A stretch of DNA of 64,000 bases from Vicinamibacterales bacterium (GCA_965220695.1 OZ244838.1:3395293-3459292); one strand, 5' to 3'. Numbered from the stretch's first letter, positions 1 through 11,192 are shown. Program-made: numbers and translations. The notes: generated by a model not told the origin, from the letters alone.

Positions 1-307
1 CGATCCCCCGCTCCCGCAGGACGTCCGGGGTCACTTCGGCGCCCGCCTCGAATCGCTCGGACAACGTATCGAGATTCACCACCGCGTACTCGACGCGAAA
101 TGGATTGAAGAATCCGCGTTTCGGCAGCCGCCGATGCAAGGGCATCTGTCCACCTTCGAATCCGCGCTTGTGGTGGTAGCCGGACCGAGACTTCTGCCCT
201 TTGTGACCACGCCCGGACGTCACCCCGGTACCGGAGCCGTACCCCCGTCCGACACGCTTCTTCGCGTGTTTGGCGCCCTTCGGTGGTTTGAGATCGCTGA
301 GATTCAT
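1..307 (-). CDS. rplO: 50S ribosomal protein L15, first ~102 codons (gene continues past window start)
   Basis: Hand translation from ATG at 305-307 (minus): [43 protein letters not shown]... Absent from ORF track because there is no stop in the window. Follows rpmD as in spc operons. Confidence 0.9.
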   Translation of the reverse strand, partial: MNLSDLKPPKGAKHAKKRVGRGYGSGTGVTSGRGHKGQKSRSGYHHKRGFEGGQMPLHRRLPKRGFFNPFRVEYAVVNLDTLSERFEAGAEVTPDVLRERGI

Positions 308-312
308 CGGCG

Positions 313-516
313 TCAGCCCTCCACCTCGTTCACGCGCACCAGATGCCGGACCTTCCGTATCATGCCGCGAATGGACGGGACATCCTTGAGTTGAACGGTA
401 TGCCCGATTCGTCGAAGTCCGAGCCCCCGCACGACCTCGGCTTGACGTCTATCGAACCCGATGGTGCTCCGCACCAACGTGACGGTGACTCGGTTGCTCT
501 CCGCTCTTTCTGTCAT
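313..516 (-). CDS. rpmD: 50S ribosomal protein L30
   Basis: ORF 313..552. The last 67 aa ([20 protein letters not shown]...[10 protein letters not shown]...) look like L30. Start trimmed to ATG 516, preceded by GGAG. Confidence 0.85.
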   Translation of the reverse strand: MTERAESNRVTVTLVRSTIGFDRRQAEVVRGLGLRRIGHTVQLKDVPSIRGMIRKVRHLVRVNEVEG

Positions 517-660
517 CTCCGTCTCAGTATTGTCCCGCATAGCGGGTGACAACCTGCCTCAGGCAACACCTGCGCCCCCGCCCGCATGCTCCTTCGCCGC
601 ACCTGAATCCAAGAGGCTCGTCGCCACTCTCGGTGCGACGCGGCGTGTTGCTGCGGGCGG
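517..660 (-). repeat. diverged copy of the same element filling the rpsE-rpmD spacer
   Basis: The right end ctcggtgcgacgcggcgtgttgctgcgggcgg|ctag aligns with the family right TIR and abuts the rpsE TAG. Internal catgctccttcgcc box. Left TIR not recognisable. Confidence 0.5.
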
Positions 661-1173
661 CTAGGCCGTCAAATCCTCTACATCGACACCACGCAACCGC
701 GCCACGGCGACGGGGTCCTTGAGTTCGGTCAACCCGGTGAACGTTGCGCGCACGACGTTATGCGGATTGTCAGTCCCGAGTGACTTCGTGAGGATGTTCT
801 GTATGCCCGCCGATTCCATGACGGCACGCACTGCACCCCCCGCGATGATGCCTGTACCTTCCCGAGCCGGCTTCAAGAGGACCCGTCCCGCACCGAACCG
901 GCCGACGATGGTGTGCGGAATCGTGGTTCCACTCAGCGGCACACGCACCAGCCCCTTCTTGGCGGCATCGATACCCTTCTTGATCGCCGATGGAACCTCC
1001 TTGGCCTTGCCGACGCCGAATCCCACGACTCCGTGGGTGTCACCTACCACGACCAGCGCACTGAAGCTCAAGTTCTTGCCACCCTTGACGACCTTGGTCA
1101 CCCGGTTGATCGAGACGACCGTGTCCTTGAGGTCGAACTCCCCAGCGTCGATCTTCGTTCGTATCCTATTCAT
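661..1173 (-). CDS. rpsE: 30S ribosomal protein S5
   Basis: ORF 661..1230 with [24 protein letters not shown] motif. Start set to ATG 1173 ([13 protein letters not shown]...), AGGA 8 nt upstream. The upstream ORF part lies in a repeat element. Confidence 0.9.
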   Translation of the reverse strand: MNRIRTKIDAGEFDLKDTVVSINRVTKVVKGGKNLSFSALVVVGDTHGVVGFGVGKAKEVPSAIKKGIDAAKKGLVRVPLSGTTIPHTIVGRFGAGRVLLKPAREGTGIIAGGAVRAVMESAGIQNILTKSLGTDNPHNVVRATFTGLTELKDPVAVARLRGVDVEDLTA

Positions 1174-1187
1174 AAGGCCGTTCCTGG

Positions 1188-1356
1188 CAGCCCGTGGCAA
1201 AAGCCCCGCTGCATTCGGTCGACGCTGCATCCCGCCGACCCGTGTTGTTCATCGGTTGCATACCGCCGGCATGGTCCCTCTTTTCGCCTTACGTTGACCG
1301 GACGCGGCATCATTACAACCAAAGCTCGGTGCAACGCGGGGTTCCACCACGGGCTG
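1188..1356 (-). mobile_element. MITE-like TIR element, near-intact copy (169 bp) between rplR stop and rpsE RBS
   Basis: Ends cagcccgtggcaaaagccccgctgcattcgg ... ctcggtgcaacgcggggttccaccacgggctg are inverted repeats. Flanked by ctgg (left) and ctag (right; its TAG is the rplR stop). Shares internal boxes with 14741-14922 and 44747-44944. Confidence 0.8.
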
Positions 1357-1731
1357 CTAGAACTTCAGTCCAGCACCGCGAGCTGCACCCGCAACTTCGC
1401 GCACACGTCCGTGATACAGAAAGCCGCCACGGTCGAACACCACGCTGGAGATCCCCTTCTCAAGCGTCCTTTCGGCCACGACACGGCCAATAACCTGTGC
1501 CCCGGCCACGTTCCCTCCACTTGCTCCAGCAGGGAGGCTCGCCTTGACACCCGGCTCGGTGCTTGATGCGGACGCCAGGGTCGTGCCGGTCGTGTCGTCA
1601 ATCACCTGGGCAGAAATGTGCGCCAGGCTGCGAAACACGGCCAATCTCGGTCGCTCGGTCGTACCCTTGACCGCCTTGCGTTGCCGCAGCGCGATCCTCA
1701 GACGTCGATCCTTCTTTGTCTTGACCTTCAT
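1357..1731 (-). CDS. rplR: 50S ribosomal protein L18
   Basis: ORF 1357..1761 with [20 protein letters not shown] motif, ends GLKF. Start set to ATG 1731 ([12 protein letters not shown]...); the track start at 1761 is a TTG. Confidence 0.9.
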   Translation of the reverse strand: MKVKTKKDRRLRIALRQRKAVKGTTERPRLAVFRSLAHISAQVIDDTTGTTLASASSTEPGVKASLPAGASGGNVAGAQVIGRVVAERTLEKGISSVVFDRGGFLYHGRVREVAGAARGAGLKF

Positions 1732-1765
1732 CACACGTTCCAACCGCCACGTAAGGAGCAACTAC

Positions 1766-1910
1766 TCATGGCACCAAGCCTGCGACATTGGCCGGGCGCA
1801 GCGTCCGCGTTGCACGACATTGTTCCAAGGTCAATTGCGCCCGAAATGCTCCCTCTTCTCACCTCCCGCACCGCCGATCTCGATCCGGCGCGGGGTTCTG
1901 CCACGGTCTG
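1766..1910 (-). repeat. diverged full-length copy between rplF stop and rplR
   Basis: Right end gatctcgatccggcgcggggttctgccacggtctg|ctat abuts the rplF TAG. Internal aatgctccctcttc box. Weak left TIR tcatggcaccaagcctgcgacattgg preceded by ctac. Confidence 0.6.
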
Positions 1911-2447
1911 CTATGCCCCGGTCTTGCCCTCTTTCTTTTTCAACACCTCGCCGGTGTAACGGATGCCCTTCTGCTTGTAGGGATCCGGCTTCCGGAGACT
2001 CCGAATGTCCGCGGCAACCTGACCCACCGCCTGCCGGTCGATCCCGGTCACAACGAGATGCGTTTGGTTATCGACCGCTACGCCGATCCCGCTCGGAATC
2101 TCGAAGATGACCGGATGTGAAAAACCGAGTGCCATCGTGAGCCTCTGGCCGGCAACCTCCGCCCTGTATCCGATGCCCACGATGTCGAGCTCCTTCTTGA
2201 ACCCCTCTGACACCCCGGTCAGCGCGTTGGCAACCAGACTCCGCGCCAAGCCGTGGAACTTTCTCAGCGCACGGTCCTCGCGCTCCGGCTTCGCCTCCAG
2301 CCGGCCATCGTTCATCTCAATGACGATGCCCGGCGGAAGCGCCTGACGCAACGTGCCCTTCGGCCCCTTGACCTCAACCGCCTCAGGTGAGATCTGGACC
2401 GTGACCCCGCTCGGGATCGGCATCGGCATCTTGCCCACTCGCGACAT
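1911..2447 (-). CDS. rplF: 50S ribosomal protein L6
   Basis: ORF-track 178 aa, [19 protein letters not shown]...GIGYRA...; spc operon position. Confidence 0.95.
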   Translation of the reverse strand: MSRVGKMPMPIPSGVTVQISPEAVEVKGPKGTLRQALPPGIVIEMNDGRLEAKPEREDRALRKFHGLARSLVANALTGVSEGFKKELDIVGIGYRAEVAGQRLTMALGFSHPVIFEIPSGIGVAVDNQTHLVVTGIDRQAVGQVAADIRSLRKPDPYKQKGIRYTGEVLKKKEGKTGA

Positions 2448-2465
2448 AACTTGACTCCGTCACAC

Positions 2466-2876
2466 CTACCAGACGTTGCACAACACTTCGCCGCCGACAC
2501 CGTTCTTCACCGCATCACGTCCGGTCATCACGCCTTGCGACGTTGTGAGAATGCTCGTTCCGAGACCGCTCAACACCGGTGGCACATCGTCTCGTCCGAA
2601 ATACACGCGCCGACCGGGTCGACTGACACGCTGAATCCCCGAGATGACATTCTCGCCACGCGACCCGTATTTGAGCTGGATACGGACCATCGAACGAGCG
2701 GCCTGCCCCGTCTCGACGACGACGTCAACTACCTTGAAGGCCCGGATGTAGCCCTCGTGCTGCAGAACCCGGGCGAGTTCCATCTTTAGCCGCGATGCCG
2801 GAATATCGACGCGCTTTCGACGCGCAGATGTCGCGTTGCGGATTCTCGACAACATGTCGGAAATCGGATCAGTCAT
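2466..2876 (-). CDS. rpsH: 30S ribosomal protein S8
   Basis: ORF-track 136 aa, MTDPISDMLSRIRNA...GGEVLCNVW. Confidence 0.95.
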   Translation of the reverse strand: MTDPISDMLSRIRNATSARRKRVDIPASRLKMELARVLQHEGYIRAFKVVDVVVETGQAARSMVRIQLKYGSRGENVISGIQRVSRPGRRVYFGRDDVPPVLSGLGTSILTTSQGVMTGRDAVKNGVGGEVLCNVW

Positions 2877-2935
2877 GGCTGTTCAAGTCTTGTACTCGTC
2901 GGGGCGCCCCGCGTTTAGCGGGCGGCCCGTTCCCG

Positions 2936-3121
2936 TCACCAACTACTCTTCGTGACCCCGGCGATGTCGCCTTCAAGCGCCAACTTCCTGAAGCACAGCC
3001 GGCACAGCTCGAACTTTCGCATGAAAGCGCGCGGCCGGCCGCACAGCCGGCACCGGTTTCGGAGTCGGGTCTTGTGCTTGGGCGGTTTGCTTTCCTTGAC
3101 GATCTTCGCAGTCGTAGCCAT
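2936..3121 (-). CDS. rpsN: 30S ribosomal protein S14, short type-Z (zinc-binding) form
   Basis: Internal ATG 3121 of ORF 2936..3244 gives 61 aa [61 protein letters not shown] with CxxC...CxxC. Confidence 0.9.
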   Translation of the reverse strand: MATTAKIVKESKPPKHKTRLRNRCRLCGRPRAFMRKFELCRLCFRKLALEGDIAGVTKSSW

Positions 3122-3204
3122 CACTGTCCTCGTTACCATCCCTACCAGGCTTCTCCCGGAGGGACGAGCCTGAGCGCCGTTGTGAACCCACTGGCGGCCT
3201 GGCA

Positions 3205-3250
3205 CAGCGCCGATCACGGTGCCACCCGCGGTTCCCCCCCCCACGGACTG
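3205..3250 (-). repeat. right-TIR fragment of the element after rplE stop (contains a C9/G9 run)
   Basis: gccgatcacggtgccacccgcggttcccccccccacggactg|ctag aligns with the family right TIR. Its TAG is the rplE stop. Confidence 0.5.
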
Positions 3251-3793
3251 CTAGTTCGTTCGGAACGGCATCCCCATCAACTGGAGCAGCCGCCGCCCTT
3301 CCTCGTCCGTCCTGGCAGTCGTGACCACAGAAATATTCATACCGCGCGACTTGTCGACCTTCATGTAGTCGATCTCGATGAACATCAACTGGTCACGGAG
3401 CCCGAGAGTGTAGTTCCCACGTCCGTCGAACCCTTTGGGCGACACACCCCGAAAGTCGCGCACTCGCGGAAGCGCGATCGAGATCAACCGGTCAAGGAAT
3501 TCGTACATCCGGTCTCGACGCAGCGTGACGACGGCGCCTATGGGCATGCCCTGCCGCACTTTGAATTGCGCCACCGACTTTCGCGCGCGGGTGGTCAACG
3601 GCTTCTGACCGGTGATTCGGGCCAGATCGTCGCTCCCCGCGTCAATCAGCTTCCCGTTTTGCGTCGCCTCGCCCAGCCCCATGTTCACTACGATCCGCTG
3701 AACCTTCGGCACCGCCATCACGTTGGTGTACCGAAATTCCTTCGTGAGGGCGGGCACGACCGTTTCTTGATACCGCTCTTTCAATCGGCTCAT
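3251..3793 (-). CDS. rplE: 50S ribosomal protein L5
   Basis: ORF-track 180 aa, [20 protein letters not shown]...MGMPFRTN. Confidence 0.95.
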   Translation of the reverse strand: MSRLKERYQETVVPALTKEFRYTNVMAVPKVQRIVVNMGLGEATQNGKLIDAGSDDLARITGQKPLTTRARKSVAQFKVRQGMPIGAVVTLRRDRMYEFLDRLISIALPRVRDFRGVSPKGFDGRGNYTLGLRDQLMFIEIDYMKVDKSRGMNISVVTTARTDEEGRRLLQLMGMPFRTN

Positions 3794-4122
3794 CTATCGA
3801 CGACCCCATCGCATTTGCGACAAATCCGTACTTTCCGACCGTCACCGAGCAGCCGACGCCCGATCCGAGTGGTTGCGCCGCACTCGGGGCAGACGAGTTG
3901 TACGTTCGAGGCATGCAACGGCGCCTCGCGCTCGACCACCCCACCCTTCACGTTCCGGGCCGGATTGGGACGAGTGTGGCGCTTGACGAAGTTCACACCT
4001 TCGACGATCAACCGGTTCTTCCCCGGCACCAACTGCAACACACGACCACGTTTACCGCGGTCCTTGCCCGAAACCACGACGACGTCGTCGTTCTTCCGGA
4101 TCGGTGTCTGAATGCTCGACAT
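3790..4122 (-). CDS. rplX: 50S ribosomal protein L24 with C-terminal CxxC...CxxC
   Basis: ORF 3790..4134. KOW-type N-terminus ([19 protein letters not shown]) and C-terminal CPECG...CRKCDG. ATG 4122 preferred (AGGAG just upstream); GTG 4134 is the alternative. Overlaps the rplE start by 4 nt. Confidence 0.88.
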   Translation of the reverse strand: MSSIQTPIRKNDDVVVVSGKDRGKRGRVLQLVPGKNRLIVEGVNFVKRHTRPNPARNVKGGVVEREAPLHASNVQLVCPECGATTRIGRRLLGDGRKVRICRKCDGVVDR

Positions 4123-4175
4123 GACTCCTACCACTCATCGGATGACCGGCACTGCAACCTCTCGATATGCTTCGC

Positions 4176-4544
4176 TCACAGCACCTCCGGCGCAAGGGAG
4201 ACTATCTTCATGAATTTACGCTCGCGCAACTCGCGTGCGACCGGACCAAAGACACGAGTGCCGATCGGCTCACCTTGCTCGTTCACCAGCACCGCCGCAT
4301 TCCCGTCGAATCGGATATAGCTCCCGTCCCGCCGGCGATGTTCCTTGCTGGTCCGCACGATGACCGCGCGCACGACCTGCCCTTTCTTCACGGCCGACGA
4401 CGGCGCCGCCTCCTTGACCGAGGCGGTAACAAGATCCCCGAGCCGCGCATAACGTCCGGTCGCGCCACCGAGCGGATTAATCACCGCGAGCTTTCGGGCA
4501 CCGGAGTTGTCCGCCACGTCGAGAATCGATTGCATCTGGATCAT
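4176..4544 (-). CDS. rplN: 50S ribosomal protein L14
   Basis: ORF-track 122 aa, [19 protein letters not shown]... Confidence 0.95.
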   Translation of the reverse strand: MIQMQSILDVADNSGARKLAVINPLGGATGRYARLGDLVTASVKEAAPSSAVKKGQVVRAVIVRTSKEHRRRDGSYIRFDGNAAVLVNEQGEPIGTRVFGPVARELRERKFMKIVSLAPEVL

Positions 4545-4560
4545 GATCGGATCTCGCTCG

Positions 4561-4827
4561 TCAAATCGCCTGAGCTCGTTCGACTACCCGGATCACGGCC
4601 CAGCGCTTGCGTCGGCTCAGCGGACGTGTCTCGACGATGGCCACCACGTCCCCCACCTTCGCGGCATTTTCGGAGTCATGGGCCATGAACTTCGAGGTAC
4701 GTCGCTGGATCTTGCCGTAGAGTTCGTGCCGCACACGGCGTTCCACCGCCACCACGACGCTCTGATCCATCCTGTCGCTTATCACCACGCCCTGAACTTC
4801 TGCCTTGGTTCCCATATCTTTGTCCAA
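4561..4827 (-). CDS. rpsQ: 30S ribosomal protein S17
   Basis: ORF-track 88 aa, ...[29 protein letters not shown]... Confidence 0.9.
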   Translation of the reverse strand: MDKDMGTKAEVQGVVISDRMDQSVVVAVERRVRHELYGKIQRRTSKFMAHDSENAAKVGDVVAIVETRPLSRRKRWAVIRVVERAQAI

Positions 4828-4830
4828 CGG

Positions 4831-5055
4831 CTACGCGTCGGTGTCAGTCGCCGCGGCTCCACCGGCGATCGCGTGCTCCCGCAACAGCGTCTTTATTCGT
4901 GCCATGTCGCGCCTGCTCTCCTGCAGCTTAACTGACGCATCCTGCTGCCCCATGGAGTGCCGAAGTCGCAGCCGGAACAACTCCTCGGCCAGCTCCTGCT
5001 CCCGTTGCTCAAGGGCGGCCACGCCGAGTTCACGCAACTCCACGATCTTGGTCAT
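4831..5055 (-). CDS. rpmC: 50S ribosomal protein L29
   Basis: C-terminal 74 aa of ORF 4831..5361 ([37 protein letters not shown]...). ATG 5055 overlaps the rplP stop (ATGA). Confidence 0.88.
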   Translation of the reverse strand: MTKIVELRELGVAALEQREQELAEELFRLRLRHSMGQQDASVKLQESRRDMARIKTLLREHAIAGGAAATDTDA

Positions 5056-5477
5056 GACGACTCGGCCTTCTCCAACCGGGTCGCGAACTTCGTATGGATC
5101 GGCAGCTTCGCCGCGGCCAGTTGCATCGCCCGCTTGGCGACCGACGCCTCCACACCTTCCATCTCGAACAAAATCCGACCAGACTTGACAACCGCCACCC
5201 ATTGTTCTGGAGATCCCTTGCCCTTGCCCATCCGCGTTTCCTGGGGCTTCTTGGTGACGGGTTTGTCCGGAAATATGCGGATCCAGATCTTGCCGCCGCG
5301 CTTGATGAAACGGGTCATTGCGACGCGCGCCGCCTCGATCTGCCGATCCGTCAACCAGCATGGCTCCATCGCACGAAGGCCGTAGTCACCGAAAGACACC
5401 GTCGAGCCACGCCATGCCTTTCCGGTCATGCGGCCCCGATGCTGTTTCCGATGTTTCACCTTTTTTGGCATCAACAT
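5052..5477 (-). CDS. rplP: 50S ribosomal protein L16
   Basis: ORF-track 141 aa, [21 protein letters not shown]... Confidence 0.95.
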   Translation of the reverse strand: MLMPKKVKHRKQHRGRMTGKAWRGSTVSFGDYGLRAMEPCWLTDRQIEAARVAMTRFIKRGGKIWIRIFPDKPVTKKPQETRMGKGKGSPEQWVAVVKSGRILFEMEGVEASVAKRAMQLAAAKLPIHTKFATRLEKAESS

Positions 5478-5590
5478 GACGAAGTACCCTCAAGTGCGAT
5501 CATCGTCCGATCGGGTGCGGCGTCGATACCGACCACACCACCGATCTCGGTGCGACGCGGGGTTTCACCACGGGCTGCTACCACAGGCTG
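5478..5590 (-). repeat. truncated copy (stop-proximal TIR plus SD-like box) filling the rpsC-rplP spacer
   Basis: gatctcggtgcgacgcggggtttcaccacgggctg|cta, then an extra 10-nt tip ccacaggctg before the rpsC TGA. In operon sense, GAGATCGGTGGTG...TTGAGGGTACTTCGTC-ATG(rplP) matches the interior of other copies. Confidence 0.6.
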
Positions 5591-6271
5591 TCAGGTTCTG
5601 GCGCCCCGTCGCGGTGCTCGATACTCTTCATCGCGCGCCAACCGGGGCTCATGCCGATCGCCCTTGTACAACCACACCTTCACACCGATTTGCCCGTACG
5701 TGGTGTTTGCCTCCGCAAACCCGTAGTCCACATCCGCCCGCAGGGTCTGCAGCGGCAACTGACCGTGCAGATACCATTCGTTTCGCGCGATCTCCGCGCC
5801 GTTCAACCGTCCTCCGACACGGATCTTGATTCCCCGTGCGCCGAATCGTAGCGCCGATTCGACCGCCTTGCGCATTGCCCGGCGGAACGCGACCCGTTTG
5901 ACGAGCTGCAGCGCCACCGACTCGCTGATGAGCTGCGCGTCAAGTTCAGGCTTTTGAATTTCCTGAATATTGATGAAGACCTCACGCTTGGTCCGCTTTT
6001 GGATCTCGGTCTTGAGCTTGTCGACTTCAGTGCCCTTCCGCCCGATGATGATGCCCGGCCGGGATGTGCAGATGTCGATCTTCAACTTGTTCGCGGCGCG
6101 CTCGATCTCGATCTTCGATACCCCCGCGTGCGCGAACCGCTTCTTCAGATCTGCGCGCAACGCGAGATCTTCATGAAGGAGCTTCGCGTAGTCGCGGTCG
6201 GCATACCAACGTGACCGCCACGTCTTGTTGAAACCGAGCCTGAATCCGTATGGATGTACCTTCTGCCCCAT
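5591..6271 (-). CDS. rpsC: 30S ribosomal protein S3
   Basis: ORF-track 226 aa, [24 protein letters not shown]... Confidence 0.95.
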   Translation of the reverse strand: MGQKVHPYGFRLGFNKTWRSRWYADRDYAKLLHEDLALRADLKKRFAHAGVSKIEIERAANKLKIDICTSRPGIIIGRKGTEVDKLKTEIQKRTKREVFINIQEIQKPELDAQLISESVALQLVKRVAFRRAMRKAVESALRFGARGIKIRVGGRLNGAEIARNEWYLHGQLPLQTLRADVDYGFAEANTTYGQIGVKVWLYKGDRHEPRLARDEEYRAPRRGART

Positions 6272-6356
6272 ATAGCCAACCCCGCGCCCGCGGGCGCTGT
6301 CCCCTACTCCAACCCCTCGGCCGTCGTCTCTGTCGCGGTCTGACTGGCGACCTTCC

Positions 6357-6770
6357 TCACTGGCGCTTCGCCGTCTCGGCCTCGCCGCTGCCTGGCAATG
6401 CCGGCGACGGGACGCGCGTTACAATCTCGGACCGCTCAGCTACCTTGACCGTGAGATGTGCAGTGCGTTTGACAATCCGAAACGCCCGCCCCATGGGTGC
6501 CGGCCGGATTCGCTTCATCGACGGCCCCTGATCGGCGAAACAATGGGACACGTACATCCGCTCGGCATCGCCGCTGGCCCCATCTTTCTGCTGCGCGTTC
6601 GCGACCGCCGAGCGCAGGACCTTCTCTATGTCCCGAGCGATGCGCTTGCGGGCGAACCGCAGGATGGACAGTGCACGGTCTACATCTTGTCCCCTGATGA
6701 GATCCATCACCAGCTTGGCCTTTTGCGCCGATGTCCGGACAAATCGGGCCGTGGCGCGCCCTTCGATCAT
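6357..6770 (-). CDS. rplV: 50S ribosomal protein L22
   Basis: ORF-track 137 aa, [27 protein letters not shown]..., with a C-terminal extension. Confidence 0.9.
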   Translation of the reverse strand: MIEGRATARFVRTSAQKAKLVMDLIRGQDVDRALSILRFARKRIARDIEKVLRSAVANAQQKDGASGDAERMYVSHCFADQGPSMKRIRPAPMGRAFRIVKRTAHLTVKVAERSEIVTRVPSPALPGSGEAETAKRQ

Positions 6771-6776
6771 CGTCTG

Positions 6777-7064
6777 CTACCTCTTGACGGCCGCAGCCTT
6801 GTCACGTCTTCCGGTGTGTCCTCGAAACAGCCGCGTCGGGGAGAACTCGCCCAGCTTGTGGCCGACCATGTTCTCGGTGAGATACACCGGTACGAATTTC
6901 TTGCCATTGTGTACGGCGATGGTGTGTCCGACCATTTCCGGAACAACCGTGGATCGCCGTGACCAGGTCTTGATCACTCTCCGGTCCCCCGCCCGGTTCA
7001 TAATCTCGACCTTTTCCAGCAACGGCAGGTCCACGAACGGTCCCTTTCTCAGCGATCGACTCAT
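6777..7064 (-). CDS. rpsS: 30S ribosomal protein S19
   Basis: ORF-track 95 aa, [12 protein letters not shown]...[10 protein letters not shown]... Confidence 0.95.
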   Translation of the reverse strand: MSRSLRKGPFVDLPLLEKVEIMNRAGDRRVIKTWSRRSTVVPEMVGHTIAVHNGKKFVPVYLTENMVGHKLGEFSPTRLFRGHTGRRDKAAAVKR

Positions 7065-7104
7065 ACACGCCTCGTCTCAAATCCCACGCTCAAGGCCAAG
7101 TCCG

Positions 7105-7935
7105 TCACTTACGTCGTTTCCGGCGTTGGGTTATGAATTTGTCGGACGGCTTCCGGCCGCGAGTCTTGTACCCCTTGGTTGGCACACCCCAGGGCGTCAC
7201 TGGATGGCGTCCGCCAGCAGAGCTGCCTTCGCCACCTCCCAGCGGGTGGTCGACCGGATTCATCGCCACCCCGCGAACAGTGGGTCTGCGACCTAGCCAC
7301 CGCGCGCGACCGGCCTTGCCGAGCGACACGTTTTCGTGATCGACATTGCCGACCTGGCCAACGGTGGCCATGCATTCCTTCAATATCCGCCGCACCTCGC
7401 CGGATGGCATACGCAGCGAAGCGTAGTTGCCCTCCTTCGCGATCAACTGAACGGACGATCCCGCGCTACGGGCGATCTGACCGCCCTTGCCCGGCTTCAA
7501 CTCCACGTTGTGGAGCTGGGTGCCAAGTGGAATGTTCTTCAATGGCAACGCGTTGCCCGGCAGAATATCGACCGCGTCGCCGGCCACGACCGTGTCGCCG
7601 ACTGAGACCCGCGCCGGCTGCAGGATGTAGCGCTTGTCGCCGTCGGCGTAGGCCACCAACGCGATGCGGGCGGAACGGTTCGGATCGTACTCGACGCTGG
7701 ACACTGTACCGGGCACGTCCTTCTTGTTGCGCTTGAAATCGATGATTCGGTAGGTCCGTTTGTGCCCACCGCCACGCTGCCACATCGTGACCCGGCCGCG
7801 GTTGTTGCGACCGCCGGACTTTGGCAACGGCTCGGTCAAAGGCTTGTACGGTTTCGTTGCGGTGATATCGTCGAACGTCTGCACCGTCTGAAACCGCCGT
7901 CCCGGCGATGTGGGCTTGTATTGGCGAATTGTCAT
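7105..7935 (-). CDS. rplB: 50S ribosomal protein L2
   Basis: ORF-track 276 aa, [16 protein letters not shown]...[18 protein letters not shown]... Confidence 0.95.
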   Translation of the reverse strand: MTIRQYKPTSPGRRFQTVQTFDDITATKPYKPLTEPLPKSGGRNNRGRVTMWQRGGGHKRTYRIIDFKRNKKDVPGTVSSVEYDPNRSARIALVAYADGDKRYILQPARVSVGDTVVAGDAVDILPGNALPLKNIPLGTQLHNVELKPGKGGQIARSAGSSVQLIAKEGNYASLRMPSGEVRRILKECMATVGQVGNVDHENVSLGKAGRARWLGRRPTVRGVAMNPVDHPLGGGEGSSAGGRHPVTPWGVPTKGYKTRGRKPSDKFITQRRKRRK

Positions 7936-7978
7936 GGTCCTGTGCGGCTCTTGTCGCTAGTCGATTCGCGTGATCCGT

Positions 7979-8269
7979 CTATGCGCCTTCCAGGAATTCC
8001 GGAATGCTCTCACCGTCCCGCAACCGCACGTACGCTTTCTTCCAATCGGGGCGCTGGCCGATGAATCGCCCCTGCCGCTTGATCTTGCCATGGCTGATAG
8101 CCGTGCGGACGCTTGCCACTTTCGCACCCAGCAACCGCTCGACCGCCTGCTTGATCTCAACCTTGGTCGCCCGCATTGCCACCTCGAGCACGACAGTCCG
8201 GCCGTCTTCGCGCTGCAACGTCGTCTTCTCGGTAATGAGCGGCCGCCGAATCACGTCGGTCTCTTTCAT
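7979..8269 (-). CDS. rplW: 50S ribosomal protein L23
   Basis: ORF-track 96 aa, ...[16 protein letters not shown]... Confidence 0.92.
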   Translation of the reverse strand: MKETDVIRRPLITEKTTLQREDGRTVVLEVAMRATKVEIKQAVERLLGAKVASVRTAISHGKIKRQGRFIGQRPDWKKAYVRLRDGESIPEFLEGA

Positions 8270-8889
8270 GATCCCAGCACCTGCTCGAGCCGCTCTACCG
8301 CAGCACGCGTAATGACGATCCGGCGCGCATCGACGACTTCGCGCGCACCAAGGTGACGGGTTGAGAACATCTTCACGGTCGTGAGGTTGCGAACCGCAAG
8401 CGACATGTTCGCATCTGGATTCACATCCACCAGGAGCGTCTTGCCATCCACGTCCAATCGATCCAGCAATTCCGCCGCGTGGCGTGTGCGCGGTTCCTCA
8501 ATGCTCAGCTTGTCGACCACCAGGATCGCTGCATCCTGGAACTTCTGACTCAGCGCCGCCCGCAGCCCGCCGCGCACTACCTTCTTCGGCAACCGATACC
8601 CATAGCTGCGCGGCTGCGGACCGAAAACGATCCCGCCCGACCTCCACAAAGGGTTGCGGCTCTCGCCCACACGGGCGCGACCAGTACCCTTCTGGCGCCA
8701 GGGCTTCTTTCCAGTGCCGCTGACATTGCCTCGGGTCTTGGTCGCGTGGGTGCCACGACGTTCGGAAGCCTGTTGATGTACTACAGCCTCCCAAATCACG
8801 TCAGTATTCACATGACCACCGAATATCTCATCGCTGACCTCGAGCGCCCCGACCTTTTCGTTCTGCAAATCGACGACATCCAATGTCAT
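8266..8889 (-). CDS. rplD: 50S ribosomal protein L4
   Basis: ORF-track 207 aa, ...[27 protein letters not shown]...; 4-nt overlap with rplW. Confidence 0.95.
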   Translation of the reverse strand: MTLDVVDLQNEKVGALEVSDEIFGGHVNTDVIWEAVVHQQASERRGTHATKTRGNVSGTGKKPWRQKGTGRARVGESRNPLWRSGGIVFGPQPRSYGYRLPKKVVRGGLRAALSQKFQDAAILVVDKLSIEEPRTRHAAELLDRLDVDGKTLLVDVNPDANMSLAVRNLTTVKMFSTRHLGAREVVDARRIVITRAAVERLEQVLGS

Positions 8890-8914
8890 GGCCGCAATCC
8901 GTCCATCGCTACGA

Positions 8915-9574
8915 CTACTTTTCCGGCGCGACGGTCGCCGGTCCTGCCGCTACCGCCTTACGTACCACCACGAACCCACCGGGCGCCCCGGGCACCGCGC
9001 CCTTGACGACCAGGACATGCTGCTCGGCGTTCACCTGCAACACGCGCAAGTTCCGCACCGTGACCCGGTCGCCGCCCATGCGCCCCGGACCACGCATCCC
9101 CTTGATGACACGCGAGGGGTACGACGACGCCCCGATCGAACCAGGCGCGCGATGAAACATCGACCCGTGGGTTGCACCGCCGCCACCGAAGCCGTGCCGT
9201 TTCATCACCCCCTGAAAGCCCTTGCCGCGGCTGATGCCGATAACGTCGACTGTATCGCCATCTGCGAACACGGATGCCATGACCTGTTCGCCTTCGACGG
9301 GACCGTCGCTGCCCGCGACAACTCCGACTTCCCGCCGCAACTTCGTCGGCGGTACGTTGGCCTTCTTGTAGTGACCGGCTATCGGCTTGTTCACGTTCGC
9401 GGGGGCATCCTCGACCAACCCGAGCTGCACCGCTTCGTAGCCGTCTCGTTCAACGGTCTTCCGCTGCACGACGACACACGGACCGGCCTTGATGACCGTG
9501 GCGGGCGTGACAGCGCCGTCGTCGGCAAACACCTGTGTCATCCCGATCTTGCGCCCGAGGATTCCGGTCACCAT
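8915..9574 (-). CDS. rplC: 50S ribosomal protein L3
   Basis: ORF 8915..9658. Start set to ATG 9574 ([16 protein letters not shown]...), the canonical L3 N-terminus. Confidence 0.92.
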   Translation of the reverse strand: MVTGILGRKIGMTQVFADDGAVTPATVIKAGPCVVVQRKTVERDGYEAVQLGLVEDAPANVNKPIAGHYKKANVPPTKLRREVGVVAGSDGPVEGEQVMASVFADGDTVDVIGISRGKGFQGVMKRHGFGGGGATHGSMFHRAPGSIGASSYPSRVIKGMRGPGRMGGDRVTVRNLRVLQVNAEQHVLVVKGAVPGAPGGFVVVRKAVAAGPATVAPEK

Positions 9575-9614
9575 GTCGTTCTTCCATTTCACACACCGCC
9601 CCATGGCGGTGTCG

Positions 9615-9941
9615 CTACTTGCTGTCCTTCCCGAACGCCTTGATCTCGACATCGACACCGGCCGGCAAATCGAGCTTCATCAGAGCATCCACAGTTTGCG
9701 GGGTCGGCTCGAAGATATCGATCAACCGCTTGTGCGTCCGGATCTCGAATTGCTCACGAGATTTCTTGTCGACGTGGGGCGACCGCAACACGGTCCACTT
9801 GTTCAGGTCTGTCGGCAGCGGAATAGGCCCTGCGAGGCGGGCGCCGGTGCGGCGGGCAGTATCGACGATTTCCGAGGTCGACTGGTCAAGCACCCGATGG
9901 TCGTACGCCTTGAGACGGATCCGGATCTTGTCGCTGAACAT
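9615..9941 (-). CDS. rpsJ: 30S ribosomal protein S10
   Basis: ORF 9615..10034. Start set to ATG 9941 ([19 protein letters not shown]...). Confidence 0.92.
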   Translation of the reverse strand: MFSDKIRIRLKAYDHRVLDQSTSEIVDTARRTGARLAGPIPLPTDLNKWTVLRSPHVDKKSREQFEIRTHKRLIDIFEPTPQTVDALMKLDLPAGVDVEIKAFGKDSK

Positions 9942-9984
9942 GTCTTTCTTCGACTCTCTATGGCTCTCGGTAACCCCAACCCCT

Positions 9985-11179
<1,195 letters not shown>

Positions 11180-11192
11180 GCGATAGCCTCTG

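Noticed and set aside
913-1566. Recurring peptide ...(N/T/D)AGFHH(G/R)LL... in plus-strand track ORFs at 913..1566, 5428..5829, 14878..15183 and 44753..45955, which looked like a repeated small protein
   Set aside because: It is the right TIR of the repeat element read in one frame. The ORFs differ outside the TIR and overlap real genes. Short ORFs inside the element after its SD-like box (for example MPAVCNR in copy 1188-1356) are not conserved between copies.
3790-3900. CxxC...CxxC zinc-ribbon at the L24 C-terminus as a novelty
   Set aside because: As far as I recall, Thermus-type L24 has the same Cys-containing C-terminus, so this is a lineage trait and not new. The same applies to type-Z S14 and Cys-containing L33.
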